Positions 37,201 to 51,058 of a stretch of 64,000 bases of DNA are shown piece after piece (positions within the stretch are counted from its first letter, which is position 1; each line of letters begins with the position of its first letter). Below the pieces are notes generated by a model. That model was not told the origin of the DNA, made no database searches, and saw nothing but the letters and a program-made list of their open reading frames with translations. A program made the translations under genes and the position numbers. Source of the DNA: Podospora anserina (taxonomy: Eukaryota); the NCBI GenBank assembly GCA_017654855.1, contig CM030337.1, positions 310,001 through 374,000 on the forward strand. The letters are read 5' to 3'.

Positions 37201-38894
37201 AGACCGCCGATCTCAACTGGAGAAAATATAGCACGGCAATATCCGACTTGGCCAAACGACATCTCTTCCCAAAGGCCAGCTCGAAATGAGACCAGGCTTT
37301 TGATTACCGAGTGTTGCACATCACTACCACTGAGATCAGAAAGAAAGGAGAGCATCAGGCTTCGTGTGTGGACTGTGTTTTACTCGTCAAGATTACCTAT
37401 CGGAATGTTCTCGCCGAGGCAGGTCGTATACGCGGTGGGATCACAGTTGGAAACATTGGGTGAAAGCATCCTCTGGTTTTCGAGGATCAACCAATACACC
37501 CTCCACGGTACCTACATGTCTTGATGTGTCCATACAGCATGCATATCCGTGCAAACCACATGGGCCTCAAACTACCGACAAATCAGAGCCGCGTTTTCAA
37601 GCCCTCTTTTTCATGACATCTGACGTCATCGCCAGATACGTATCTTATCTGTGTAACCTTCAGCACCAAATCAACCAGCATCACCATGAAGAGGGGGCAT
37701 TTGACTTGGCCTTCCACGCGGCTGAGAGAACCGCAGCCGATATATTACTCGCATAGCTCTGGCCTTATGCATGTTTACTGGAGCGCACGATATGTCTTAT
37801 CAATGGGTGGAGGATAATCCTACTGATTCACTAATTCGCTATCAGCCGTGCGCTACTGCCTGATGGCAGAGGCGCTCCTGGTGAACATGATTCGGCTGAT
37901 ATCGGTGAACAAGAGTATTTTAACATTGAATATGCGATGCCGGGTGATGTTTCATAGGATGAGACTCAATTCCACAGACCCCATTGAACATTGAGTCCTC
38001 AACAGCGAGCCCTATCACCGCTCTCGGGGACCAGAATGTCAACGCACCAGACCAAACAGCAGCCTACTTTATTCCGAATAAATAATCAGGCAACAAACCT
38101 GTCATCCTACCGGTATATCCGGATCATCTTGGTGGGAGCGGACTATTCCCACCTAGCCATGCCCTAAACGACTTTGTACTTTCAGTTTCTGCCATAATAT
38201 TGATTATAGTGTGAATTATGAAGTTCTGGTAACTCGGACAAACAACCACTTGCGAGAGCAATGATAGTAGATCGTGATCCCAGCTTGGAGATGGCAACGG
38301 GGAAGGTCGCACTGAAGAGATCGTAATTATCACAGCTCGGGCATTGAGACAACATGGACATCATCAGTAGCCAGGTCGGAAACTCGCGTGGTTGGAGGTA
38401 TACGGCCTGGTTCCTCCTCACAATGTAACTTGATTCATGGTTTGTTCAATGTCCGGTTCGTAACCAAGCATGTTTCTGGTGTACGGCTTCACTTTAAACA
38501 TTGGTCCTTCACTGTAGGTAGCGAATCTTAGCAAAGCATGTAGACACATGCTGAGCAAAAGATTAGTTTCTTGTATAAATCCCGAGACAAAGACCCGACA
38601 GATGGTTATGTTCACAGGAACTTCGATGCCATCGATCCTCATGCTCTATAACCCCATCTTCCAAAATAATATAAGAAGTGAGTCAACTCCTCAAACGCCG
38701 CTCGCGATTAGGTTCGCTTATATATCCGTCGTAGAAAGAAAAGAAACCACAACTTATCCTACCAACCCATCCCTGTCCCACTTGGACATTCCCACTTGTT
38801 CTTTTCGCCATGCCAAATTACCATATCATACAATGCATTTGCCGCCGCACTATATCTACCGCCGTCTTAAGTTTCAGGTGTATCAGCTAAAAGA

Positions 38895-41295
38895 TTATCT
38901 CTTCTTCAACCGCTCCTTGCATTCGTCGCAATACCATTTTGCTGTTCGTCCGAGTTAGTTTTGATTCCACCCTGTCCAGAAATTGCAAGTCAAACATACC
39001 ATTGGCTTTGGGTGCAATTTTCAACCCCACGCACTCTAGATGAAACCACTCTCTCGGGCAGCCCACCCCGTCACAGCCCACCATTTCGCCATAACTAACG
39101 CCGTTGCACTTGCAGTACCTTGGCTCGTCCCCATCTGGTTCGTCCTCATCATCGTCTTCTTGAGTACTCTGCGGAGGTTGCTGATGTTGAGCAGTTCCCC
39201 TGCTGCCTTTGATGTTGTCTTCACTTGTGATACTGCCGCCGTTGGATGAAGCCTTGGCAGAGTTGGGACCGGATGATGCCTGGGCAAGAGCTGCCGCTGC
39301 AGCAGAGATGGAAGCACCCTTCTTATGGCTCCGCTTGGAGGTCGTCGTTGTGCTCGCGGATATGCTGCTCCCGTTGTTCTTGTCCTTATCTGTTGCGCTC
39401 GCTGCTTCCGAGGTATTCCTAGATGGTCGGGAACGGGACGCCGCCGTCTGCTTTTCTGTTGGGGCTGCAGAGACTATCGAGGTTGCCTCGGCAAAGGTGC
39501 CTAGAGACGGGGTGGAAGGCTTGCTTGCGCGCCCGCTCTTGGTCTTGACAGTACTTATAGGGGTCGGCTGAATGGCGGGCGAAGCTACCACTTCCTTCTC
39601 CTTTTCTTTCTTTGGTTCAGGCTTCTCTTCGGAGGGTGCTACTGTGGCCGCTGCTGTTACCGGTGCCTTTGTGATGGCTTCTTTTCTGTTATTGCCGTTG
39701 TGTAGGGGTTCCAGTACTGGTGGCGGAATCTCGGTCTCTGTCCTCAGTGGCTCCAACTTGGGGGTAGGAGCAGGTATGGGTGTCTCCTTCTGTACTTTTG
39801 TTTCCATGTTTATTTTGGGTCCTTCGCCAAACTGGCTGAGATTTGGAGTATCCGGAGCATTTCCATTTGGCTTGGTGGACGCTACCGAAGCAGCTCTTTG
39901 CCTCACAACTTCGGGATTTAGTTGTGTAGAGTTCTGACGGGCACGAGAAGACGCTGGCCTGGGAGGAACAATGGCTGTCGGGATCGGTGAGGCTCGGCTG
40001 CCTTTCATTGTATCAGGGAATGCTGCGATGACAGGCGACGAGGCCATGGACGGGGACATAGCGGCAGCATTATTCGTTCTGCTACAATCAAGGGTCAGCT
40101 AGGAAACAAGAGACACGGATCGGAGGTCGAATGGGCGAGCGCACCTTTTCTTTGCCTGCCCACTCGATGTTGGGAGCGCCTTGCGCTTCTTAGGACCGCT
40201 TTCAGGCACGGGAGTCTCTCGGGGGCTGGTCGTCTTTGGCTTCACGGTGCTATTACCAAACACCGAGCTCATGGCGCGTTCCATAGGAGCTCCCCCGTTC
40301 GCCTTAGCAGTCTCAACTTTGCGTCTTTTGGCCGGAGCAGAGCCAGCCGGCGCGCCCGTGGTGATACCGAGGCCGACAGGAGTCGCCGCCTCCGCAGGCG
40401 CTTTGCGAGATTTGGGTCCCTGTGTCTTCTTGGCTGGCTCACTCGTCTTGTCCGCATCGCCTTCACCTGCTTGTCCCTTCGTGTTCTTCTTGGCGGCGAC
40501 TGCTTGTTTTCGGTCGTTGCTCCGAGCCGCCGCCTCCTCAGCGTTCACATGCTGGGCAGCAGCTGACAGAGCAGCAGCCCCTTCCCGGCGTGATCGCTCA
40601 GCCTTGTCGTTGGACTTGGCCTGCTGTTGTGCTTTTCGAACATCGTCGTAGGCCCAATGGTTAGCGCTGCCCCATTTGGCCTCCTCGCTGAATTCGCTCT
40701 CGAGATTTGGCCACACGGATTCAATTCGTTTCATTTGCTTTTCGAGGGCATCATTGGCAGTCAAAAGAACGTGGTTTTTCTCCTCCAAAGCCACCATCAT
40801 CTCTTGAACCTTGAGGTTTGTTTCTTTGAATATCCGACGGCGCGCCTCGCTCGCGGGATTGAGAGGGCCAGTGGTAGAAGGTATCGTGGAGGCGGACGCA
40901 TAGGGTGGCACTCCGCTGCTGCTGTTCTGAGCGCTCATGGGCGCCGACGCGGGAATGTGATTATTGTGCGTATCATTGGACGACGGGAATGGGTCGACCG
41001 GAGGCGGGGTGTCGAGAGCACGGCGGATGTTATCGAAGAGCTTGTCCTCGTTGTTGAAGATTTTGGCGTCGACCTCTTTCAAAAGGGTGAAGTGACGGAC
41101 TATCTCCTTGGGAAGGGCGCTGATGGCATCGGTAAAGTGGTTGAGGCCGGGGAAAATGTCGATGGGCTGTGCTGGAGCATTTGCGATGAGCGACGACGAG
41201 GAGTTGCCGCGATTGACCATGCGCGTCTGACGGAGGGGCTGCGCTCTGCGACTGCTGCCGCCGTTCTCAGACGCAGGAGGTTTGGCCGTCTTCAT
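38895..41295 (-). CDS. ING-family PHD-finger chromatin protein (Pho23/Yng2-like)
   Basis: ING N-terminal domain (FTDAISALPKEIVRHFTLLKEVDAK) and PHD EPRYCKCNGVSYGEMVGCD...WFHLECVGL...KWYCDEC. Introns 40079-40144 and 38942-38999. Confidence 0.92.
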
Positions 41296-41772
41296 GGCGC
41301 CCGTCGATGGTGTTGCTGCAGATTCCGGGATCGTGGCAGTGAGTGCTGGGGAAAAAAGATTGGTAGGGCCGCTGAGAGAGAGGTCCAGAGGGAAGCTGGG
41401 AGCGGTTAGCGGAGGGACGGTTTCCTGGCCAGGAGCCCTGGATTTTGGTCACCTTTGGAGAGGTGCATGCGACCGATAAGATAAGAACACCAAAAACCGG
41501 GCCGGCCGACACCCTAACCCTTACACTACAACCACACTACCACTTTGTCAACACAATCACCACCAACAACAACCAATGCGTGTTTGGGTATGTCTTCAAT
41601 GCTTATTAAAACAAAATAAAAAGATAAAAAACACGATGCCACTTTCTAAACCGAGCACACACGCTGAGGTATCTCTATCTCCCGAACCCTACGCCCTGTT
41701 CACCCTTTCCCTCCCTGAACTTGGGATGACCTGCCGAAAACTGCAAAACAAAAAGCCAGAATAGGAAAACAA

Positions 41773-42882
41773 TCAAGCCTGTTTCACCCGCCTAGGCTTC
41801 TCGTCACGTTGCTTTTGCTTTTGTCTGTGCTGCCATTCTACCAGCACAGGCAGGAAGTGCCAGAGATCAAATTCAGGCCAGAAGCACTTGAGGAAGAAAA
41901 TATGCGTGTCCTGGTGGCACTGCCAGAGCATGAAGTCACTCAGTCTCTCCACGCCGCTGGTTCGCACGAATATGTCAAGCGGGGGGCACCCGGCAGTGTA
42001 GAGATGCTTATCGATTGTCTCGGGCGTGATTGTCTCCGCGTTTGGATAGATGGCCACGTTTTCCGAGCCCTCCGACTTTTGCGTAGATGGATCGGAACGA
42101 AGGGTGGTAGCCGTCGACACGGCATCATCCTGGTCGTGGTCGTCCGACTGAGAGGGGGTCTCTTCAATAGACTCCAGAGTCTCTGGTTTGTCACCCTGTT
42201 TGGACAAGATCTTTTGCGTAATTCTGCTCTGCGAAAATGGGGTGCTGTGTGGCCGAGGGGTGGTTGAATATTCTTCTACAGTCGTTCTGATGGCTGTTGT
42301 CATTTCTTCCCGCGAAGTGTAGGGGAAGCAAATGTTGAGAACACATCTGTGGCATGTATTAATATTTCAATTTACATGTTTAGGAGGTGACATTGCTTAC
42401 GTTGTGTTGTGACTGGTAGCAGCGACCGCTCTTTCCACCACTTCGAGAACATCTGGGGGGATCAGATCAAGACGCCCCAATACCTTGACACTAGCACCGT
42501 ATCTGTCCAACAGCTCCCCATGCTGAATGAGTTGCTCGAGCTTCACCTTGGCCAGTTGCATCAGGCCGTCGACCTCATACTTGGGCCGGTGGAAGTTTTC
42601 CAGACTAAAAGCATAGACGGTGACCACCTTGACACCACACTTGTAGCAAATCTCCAGAACCCGGGCCAGAGCCTCGAAGCCGAGGTGATGGCCTTCTACT
42701 GTCTCGATCTTGTGACTTCTGGCATATCTTCGGTTGCCGTCCATTTCGAAAGCGACATGGCCTGGGATAGGTCCTTGGCTCAATGATCCTATCAAAGTGT
42801 CTCTAAGGCGGTTGATGGCCCATTCTGCTGGCGGCGAACTGAGGAACCAGTTACGGATACGGGAGAGGTAGAGGTCGGACAT
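41773..42882 (-). CDS. RER2: cis-prenyltransferase / dehydrodolichyl diphosphate synthase catalytic subunit
   Basis: HVAFEMDGNRRYA, TVYAFSLENF, PYTSREE, RTSGVERLSDFMLWQ and FWPEF. Intron 42347-42400. Confidence 0.93.
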
Positions 42883-43465
42883 GATGCCGAGGTGCGTTGC
42901 AGTCCAAAATATGTATTGTGATTGCTGAGTTTTGACGATGCGGTATTTGGGGTGAAAAGATGGTAGATTCTCTGAAAAGAGTTGTCGGTCAGTAAGCTGC
43001 CATGGTCGCAGTGCCTGTTGCAAGATTGGGGAAGGGAATGAGAGTGAGTGAGAGAGGCAGGCCACCCAAGGGTTAAAGTATGGTTACGTTGGACCCAGAT
43101 TCTTGGAAGTTACGAATCCCAAGGCGCGGCATCCTCTCACAGCTGAAAGTGGGTCCTCGAATGAACACGCTGCAAAACGGCCGACAGGGGCCAGCTTTCA
43201 GGATAACCTGCCTGACCTCAATGTGCAACTGCCCGCAACTTCCACCACCAAACCACCTTCTACGACACCATCCTCCTTGAGGTCTATTCCGGCGACGAAT
43301 TCACAGCCTGCTTTAAGATCACACTGGGATACGCGACACCTCAATTGGCTTTAACAGCGACCGCCGGACAGTCTGGCTTGGCCTGACTGTCACCCCACCT
43401 ACGTCCCAATCCGCCCGCATTCCCAAAAAATGTCCAGGTGGCGCCTCTAAGAGAGCGAACGCGCA

Positions 43466-44356
43466 ATGTCATTCACAAACGCGCCGGTAACGCGCACATT
43501 GGTGGTGGGATTTGTTGGCGCATCGATAGCAGCCAGCCTTCTCGACATAAAACACTATTTCTATATCTCCATCGGCACCCATATTCTACAATATCACCAG
43601 TTATGGCGGGTCCTGGCGTACCAGCTATGCTATCTCAACTCATCCGAGGTCCTGTTTGGGGCAATGGCTCTATACAATATGAGAACTATTGAGCAGCGGT
43701 GGGGCTCAAGAAAATATGCCGTGAGGGCTCTTTCTGGGCCGGGACACTGCAGAAATGGCGCTGACATGCTTGGTATCTAGTCATTCATCCTCGTCACCGC
43801 ACTCTTCACCTCGATCGTGCCACCGCTTATACTGACGGCATTCCTCAGGCCACTGAGTTTTGGCGTGCTAGATTTCCTACCTGCCGGCCCAACACCGATC
43901 ATATTTGCGATTCTGGCTCAATACCATGCCATGATCCCACACATGTACAAGTACAAGGTGGCGCTGGCTACGGGGCCACCAACTGGCCAGGACTCGGCAG
44001 CGCTGACCTTCTCAGACAAGTCAACCAAATACATGATGGCAGGGCAGCTGGCCATGTCCCAGTTCCCGGGCTCCCTTCTTGGTGCCGTGGTGGGCTGGCT
44101 CGTTGGATACGCCTGGCGCAATGAGGCCCTACCTGGGGTTTTGACTCGCTGGCGGGTTCCTGGTTGGGTTGTTGGTATGAGAGGTCAGAAGACCAATGCC
44201 GAGTTTGAGAATATGAGAAGGCGGCTGGAAAGTGAAGGGGCCTCAACTGGCACAGCTTCTGGTATCCAGCAACAACAAGCTGGCCCAACTGAAGGCAACA
44301 ACAGACGGAGGACGATGGGCCAGCAGCTCATCGACGAAGTTCGCGGTGCATTTTAA
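43466..44356 (+). CDS. Dsc2/UBAC2-like rhomboid pseudoprotease
   Basis: FTNAPVTR, QLWR, IEQRWGSRKYA and LPAGPTPIIFAILAQYH, with several TMs. Intron 43721-43780. Confidence 0.85.
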
Positions 44357-45153
44357 AATCTAGTCGTGTACGAGAAGAATTGAATATTGCTTTCCTGGCG
44401 CAACCACTTACATGTGCATTTCCATCCACAGTGACACATGTCGGGAATCCCTGCAAGAGGTGCCGTGGGGTGCCAAGCATCTGGCAAGAACGGCGGGCCA
44501 GGCGTGAAGGCGGCTGATTGGCCAGATATTGGGCCTCCCAGTCCTCTGGATTGACGAGTTGCGCCTGGGCAATCAGCAATCACAGCACCGGCCAACATCT
44601 CCCTTCCCCTTTCGCATCCTGAGTTGCATCCCGTCGTCACGACTTCCCTCTGATACAGCCGCTCCTTTGTGACGCCAACATCTCAGCCACCGCCGCCAGG
44701 CTTACCGCCTGTGTTTGCCGGTTTTTTTTTTGGTTGTTTTTTTTGGAACCTGGAATCCTCATCACCATCACCACCTCCCCGGTCCTCAGAGAAAGTCACA
44801 GACAATCTGGAACCTCCTTACCTACCACGTTAACTTAAGGACACTCGAAAAGCTCCACTTCGCGTCATTTCGTTGCACTGGTAATCCTTCTTTTCTGGAT
44901 ACTGCCTCGCTCTCCTTTTGAAAATACGATTCCTCGCATTTCACTCTCGACGCGATTCCCCTGACGACCCTCAGCCACTACCTCCTGCTCCTCGTTCGCA
45001 GTCGCAAACTCCATGATCCCCGGGCCACAGTGGTAAACGAGCGGAGGACTTGGATTTGTTTTGTACAATGTCTCTTTTTGGAACGATTAGCCTTTGAATT
45101 ACCCACGACTACGAACACGACGATCTTAATACAAGTTTACACAAACGCACATA

Positions 45154-48100
45154 ATGAACGGCGCCGAAACTAGGAGAGGCGGGTCTGGTGGCGGAGGAGT
45201 AGGAGGAAGAGGGGAAGATGGCTACGGACGCATGCCTGCACCTGCTGTACAACCACCATCGTTGTCAGACGTCGCACCGACGGCAAAGGCACTAGTCGAC
45301 GGCTACAGGAATGAGATTCTCGGGGGAGTAGAGGGTGACAAGGCGAGAATTAGCCCAGTATGGCCTCCTCCCCTTTTCAGGCGTGAACATTGTTGGCTAA
45401 TTATGGATTACATACAGCTAAACACAAACCAACCGCAAACATCGCCTCTCGTCGATCTTAAAGACTCGATTCAGGTGCATCTCTTGACCGAAACGGCGTT
45501 ATCGGACAGTAAAAGCTATGAAATCCTCTCGCAAGAGGAGGTTGACGGCCTCAAGAAACAGATTCAGTCACTGGGAATGCGCGTCGAACAGGCGAGGGCG
45601 AACCTGGCTATACAGTCCAAATACCGCGATGCAGCAGTTTCAATGGCCAAACTCTACTCGTCTGGCGGCAAAAGAAAGAGTCTGCTGGGTAGCCGTATGA
45701 GTGACTCGGCCAAAGAAGCAGAGATGGAAAAGGCCACCAGTGAACGCCGTTGTGAGGAACTGGCTTCAGAGCTGTTTCACCTAGAAAAAGGCTTGATGGA
45801 GCCTCAGCGGCGTCTGCTCCAACACACTGCCGGCGTCCTGCAGCTAACCCATAGGGCGTCCTCGAAGAAGTCCGGACAGCCGCAGCTGCTTGGCCAGCCG
45901 ATGAACGGCATGCCAGGAAGCCCCGAGAGTCTCTATACCTACACCAACACGAGGAACAGCATGGAGATCCCCAACGAGCAGCTCGATTTCAACAACAAAG
46001 ATAAGGACTTGTACCTGTCGCTCGAAACGGATGGGCCGCCAGCCACCCGTGCGCGTAAGAACACACTGGAGATTCCTATCAAGTCCCCTATCCGCGAGCA
46101 AAATGCCCAGCTGCGGGAACTACGTGAGGAGGTGGAGCGCTACAAAGAGGAGATTGCGCGCATGAAAGAGGAGAATGCGCAGCTCAAACGATCCGAGGAG
46201 CAGCTGAGCCAAGATTATGCCCGCGCCGAGGCGGAAAAGACAAGACTGGAGGAGATGGAGGAGCAGCTCAGGGAGGAACATGCCAGGGTCATGGAAGAGA
46301 ACTCTCGCATGAAGGACGAAACAATGCGCTCCAAGGACGAGAGCGGGTCGAGGCTGCAGGAGGCTGATTCACGAATGAAAGCGATTGAGCAGCAGATGGG
46401 GCCCCAAATAGACGCGCTGCAGGCGCAAACTTCGGAGCAACAGAGGGCCATCTCGATGACGGAATCTAGGCTCGAGGACTTGAACGACAAGCTCCGTGAT
46501 CTGATCGTCGCATTCAACCCGGCCAAGAATGAAGAATTTGGTCGTCCGGACGCTGATAACCTCGAGGCGCAGCTCGACTATCTAGAAAATGGTCTCAACA
46601 CGGCGATCACTGAGCAGCAGCAACAGGCTGCTAACTTGACCAAAACCGACAAGGTGGCAGCTGAAGCGGCCGCAGCATCCTCCGAGGCCGCCGCGTTGGC
46701 AACAACTCTTTCCAAGGTCGAATCCTCGTTTGGGCAAACTGAGGTCCGTCTGCAGAATTTGAACCGCCAAGTCTTGTTCATTCTTCAGCAGGCCAATGTT
46801 GACCAGGCACCACCGCCCGAGGGAGATCTCAATGTCCAGCTCAACTACTTGGAGGACTCGGTCGACAAGGTCAGTTCTGAGATTGGGAGAATTGTTGAGG
46901 CCTCGATGGCCGGCTCGGCTAGCAAGCGTGATCTCGAGCAAGTTGATGCTGTGCTCATGGGTCTGTGGGAGATCATCCAGACTGGTTATGCCGAGATTGC
47001 TCAGCAAAAGGCAGCACCCAGACAAGCCCGTGCCCTGGGCCAAGGCACCCCAGACGATGACGAGGATTTGTCAGGCAACGAGTTTGAAGGCGACACGAAC
47101 GAACCGTACTCCCTGCCGGCATTCTCTGCCAAGGTTCAATGGCTCTATGCGCAAGCGACTGGTCTCCGAGAGCAAAAGTACATCCTTCAACGGCAGATCA
47201 AGCAACAGCGTGAGCTCAACAACCGCAGCGAATCTGAAAAAGACCAGGAGCTTCAAGCCAAGAAGGAGGAGTTGGAGAAGACCCATATGCTCCTCGACGA
47301 CAGCGAGCGTGCCGCCCAAGAAGCCCAAGAAAAGCTCCAAAAGGTCCTTGTCGACCTCGACTCCATGCAGAAAGCCAGCGCCGCCAACGAAACGGCCTCT
47401 GCCTCCTCGGTCAAGGTTGTTCAGGAACAGCTCAAGGAGCGCAACGCCCAGGTGTCTGCTCTCGAGTCAGAGTACAGTGCCATTCAGGCACGTCTCGCCA
47501 CCGTGGAGTCCAATATGTCGTCTGTTCAGAACCAGCTTATCCAAGCCAACGAGTCCCGTGTTGCTGCCGAGGGTGAGGTGGCTGCTCTCAAGTCCGAACT
47601 GGCTGCCGCAAGCGAAGCCTCTGCCAACGCGGGCAAAGAGGTTGAGAAGCTGCAGGCCGACCTGAAGCAGAAGGACGAGGAGCTCGAGGCGATGAACATG
47701 ATGGTGATTGAACTTAAGACGGAGATGACCATCGCCAAGGCCGAGCTCGATGGTGCCTACGGTTCGCGTAAGCAGCGGGCGGCGGAGGCGGCCAAGTTTT
47801 CCAACACTGCCGAGACAGCTGAGCTCAACGCCCAGGTGGTCAAGCTGCGGTCTGAGTTGGAAGCTGCCTTGCGTGATCTGGAGGACATCACCAAAGAGAG
47901 CATCAATTCTGAAAAGGAGAAGCTGGATTTGGAGAGCCAGTTGGACGATGCTGTGGCTGTGAAGGCGAGGTTGGAGCAAGAGGTCAAGGTGTTGAGGGAT
48001 AGGCTGGACAAGGTAAAGGAGGAGTTGGATAAGGAGCGGTTGAGGCCACCCAACTCGCCTGTGCCAGGTGCCGGAGCGGGTGCCGGAGCTGGAAGAGCCG

Positions 48101-48343
48101 GGGCTACCATGTTGAGTGAGCAGTTCCGGGCTACTATGAAGGAGGAGAGGAGGAAGTTCCAGGAAGAGTTACGGGTATGCTTTCATCCCCTTTTCCCTTA
48201 CTTCAGTTGAGACATCCAATACTAACCAACAAAAACAGGAGGAGCAATCTAGACGTCGCAAGCTCGAGGACGAGCTCAGGGCACTAAAACGAGGCACCAC
48301 CGCCAGCGTCGGGAGTCGCGGGGGGCTTCTCAGTCCCAGGTGA
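45154..48343 (+). CDS. Large coiled-coil protein with a Uds1 (up-regulated during septation 1)-type domain
   Basis: HLLTETALSDSKSYEILSQEEVDGLKK...KYRDAAVSMAKL...RRLLQHTAGVLQ, long heptads and AKAELDGAYGSR. Introns 45358-45417 and 48175-48238. Confidence 0.85.
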
Positions 48344-49242
48344 CAACCAGCAGTCGAGTTGGTTGGCAAAGGCGTGATCAAGTCCGCGGCCGAGTCCGTG
48401 GGCGAGTTTGTGACGGATGTGGTGGACGACGTGAGCGAGTTTGTGACCGACTTGACTGATAAATAGATGGAATGGGCAACCTTCTACCTTGGGGGAAAAC
48501 ACAATAAAAAAACAAGGGAAATCAATTTTGGCTAGGCTACTACTGGATGACAGGGTGGGCAGCCTACATGATATAGATGGATGGGATCGATGTTGGAAAT
48601 TACACAATCAGGGGTTCTTGTATAAAACTAGTTGTATTAATCTTCTTGTTGGTGGCGGGATTTGAGGAGCATTATCGATTCTGGGTATGAAGAAAGGGCG
48701 AGAAAGAGACAGACACTGGGCAGCAGGCTTTACAATTGGCTATGCTTGCTTTTTTATTCTTGGATTATGCTTGATGTTTGAAGCAGCTGTATGTAGAAAT
48801 CAAAGGGGGAAGGGCTAACATTATACCATTTCGTCAAGGCGAGCAAAGTTATCAGTTACAATTTAGGGAATAAAGATGGACGGAAGGGTACTACTTTCAG
48901 TGATGTCTTTACTCTTTGCTTCAGGTGTGATGAATCTTTTGGTGTCTGGTCTCCGCAGTCATTGATCATTCTTCATCACTTCGCAGTCCCCTTGATCTTC
49001 TATATTAGGATCTCGTATCAGAATCTATATGTAATTTTGATCCCATAATTCTACCCACTCGCCATGCATGCTTTCAAATCTGCTATGCTCAACGTTCGTC
49101 CTGAACATCTGAACCAGACACGGGGAATAAAGCCAGACAATCACCCCCTGATCTGTGACTGCCCTCGTCATATACACAAGAAGAAAAACCAAAAAGCTCC
49201 CCTTGAATTCCACTCATTCAAACCACATACAAAATCCACATC

Positions 49243-51058
49243 TTAGTAACCCAGGGCCTTGAACTCCTCCTCCACTTGTTGCCTGACGACATCTCGTACA
49301 GCCTTCCAATCGTTCGCCACATCACTGACTCTCTTTTCCTTCTTGTCCAGCCCAACGAACTCGGGTGGGAGGACATTCTCCTGGAAGTTAAACTCTGGCT
49401 CCTCCTTGAGCGCCAGCTCAACCGCGCCGGCAAACTTGGCCGGATGGGCTGTTGAGAGAGAGATGATGTGCTTTGCGGCACCTTCTTCCACAAGAGCGCG
49501 CTTTTGTGTCCTTCTCGCAGCCTCCACGCCGACTGCCGTGTGGGGGTCAAGAACATAGCCAACTTCCTTGTAGAGGGCCTTGATGGTGTCGAGTGTCTCC
49601 TGGTCGCTGACCCTTTCACTCTCAAAGTTCTTGCGCGCAGCTTCAAGAACGTCCTTGTATACCGGCCCGAAACCACCCTTGTTCTTGAGGTCAGACAGCC
49701 AGGAAGAAACTTCCTGACCAGCCTGCTTCTTGTTCCACTCATCGTCCATCCCAGCGCTGGAGGCAAACTGATACGCCAAGAACCATAGCAGGCGCTCAAA
49801 GTTGGAAGACACCAGGATATCCATGGCGGGAGAAAGAGTTTCCTTCACGCCATCCTCGTGGGCCTTGACACCGTCCTGCTCAAGACCGCCTTCGGCCTTG
49901 GAGCCGTAGGTGGGCTTCTTCTCGTAACGACCAGTCTTGAAAAAGCGGTCAAGAATATCGTTCTCGTTGGTGGCAATAACGAGCTTGTCGACGGGGAGAC
50001 CCATACGAAGGGCGAAGTAACCAGCGAGAATGTCGCCAAAGTTTCCGGAAGGGACAGCGAAGCGGACCTTGTCGCCGAGCTTGAAGGTAGAGGGTTGCTG
50101 GCGGAGGAGGGAGAAATAGGCGTGGAAGTAGTAGACAGTTTGGGCGAGAATACGAGCCCAGTTGATGCTGTTGACGGCGCCGAGCTTGTGGGTCGAGTTG
50201 ATCTCAGGGTCGGCAAATAGAGCCTTGACGATGTCCTGTTTTCAGTCTGTAAGTATTTGAACGATAGACGGGAACACATCACAGCTCACCTGGCAATTGT
50301 CAAAGTTGCCAGTGACAGCCAGATTATGAACATTGGCGTCCAGCACCGTGGTCATCTGCTGCTCCTGGACGGGGCTCACGCGCCCCTTGGGGTGGAGCAT
50401 GAAAACCGAGACGTCCTTCTTCCCCCTGAGACCGTAAATGGCAGCCGAGCCAGTATCACCGCTCGTGGCACCCACCACGGTCAAGTGGTATCTGTCACGG
50501 CCGGTCTTTCCCTCGTTTCTGCGCACCAAGAAATACTCGAAGAGGTTTCCGAGGAACTGGAGGGCCACATCCTTGAAAGCAAAGGTTGGGCCGTGGAAAA
50601 GCTCGAGAAGATGAACATCACCTTGGAGGTTCACCAGTGGTGTGACTTCGTCGGCACGGAAGGTTGCGTAACTCCTGTTGATAATATCCTTGAGGTCCTC
50701 CGAGGGGATTTCGGAGGGGGAGACGAAAAGGGAGATGATGTTGAAGGCGAGGTCGGTAAAGGAAAGATCCTTCCAGGATTCCCAGTTCTCGGCGGAGGGA
50801 ATGGCTTCGGGAATGTAAAGACCACCGTCGGAGGCAAGGCCCTTGAGTACGACCTCTTCAAAGGAGAACTGAGGGGGACAACATGGTCAGCGTCTTACAG
50901 GGGAGGGCTAACGTGAATTCGTGATTCTGCCACAACCAAAAAAACAAGAGCAATGGGAGACATACGCCGCTGTCTTCACCACGGGTGCTCAGGTAGCGCT
51001 GCGACGCAGTGTGAGTCTGGTCGGCAGAAGCGCCATTGGCAACGACACCGTTGGACAT
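49243..51058 (-). CDS. THR4: Threonine synthase
   Basis: YLSTRG, LELFHGPTFAFKDVALQ (PLP lysine), GATSGDTGSAA, NSINWARIL, PSGNFGD and STAHPAKF. Introns 50869-50965 and 50236-50289. Confidence 0.98.

Noticed and set aside
41511-41575. ACCCTAACCC and C/A-rich tract resembling a telomere repeat or template
   Set aside because: Fewer than two full units, embedded in a low-complexity UTR/promoter region.
45358-45417. Stop-free 3n introns (also 16749-16814, 55091-55153, 59510-59581) that the ORF track reads through
   Set aside because: They have canonical donor, branch and acceptor signals and interrupt conserved sequence. Nothing indicates regulated retention.
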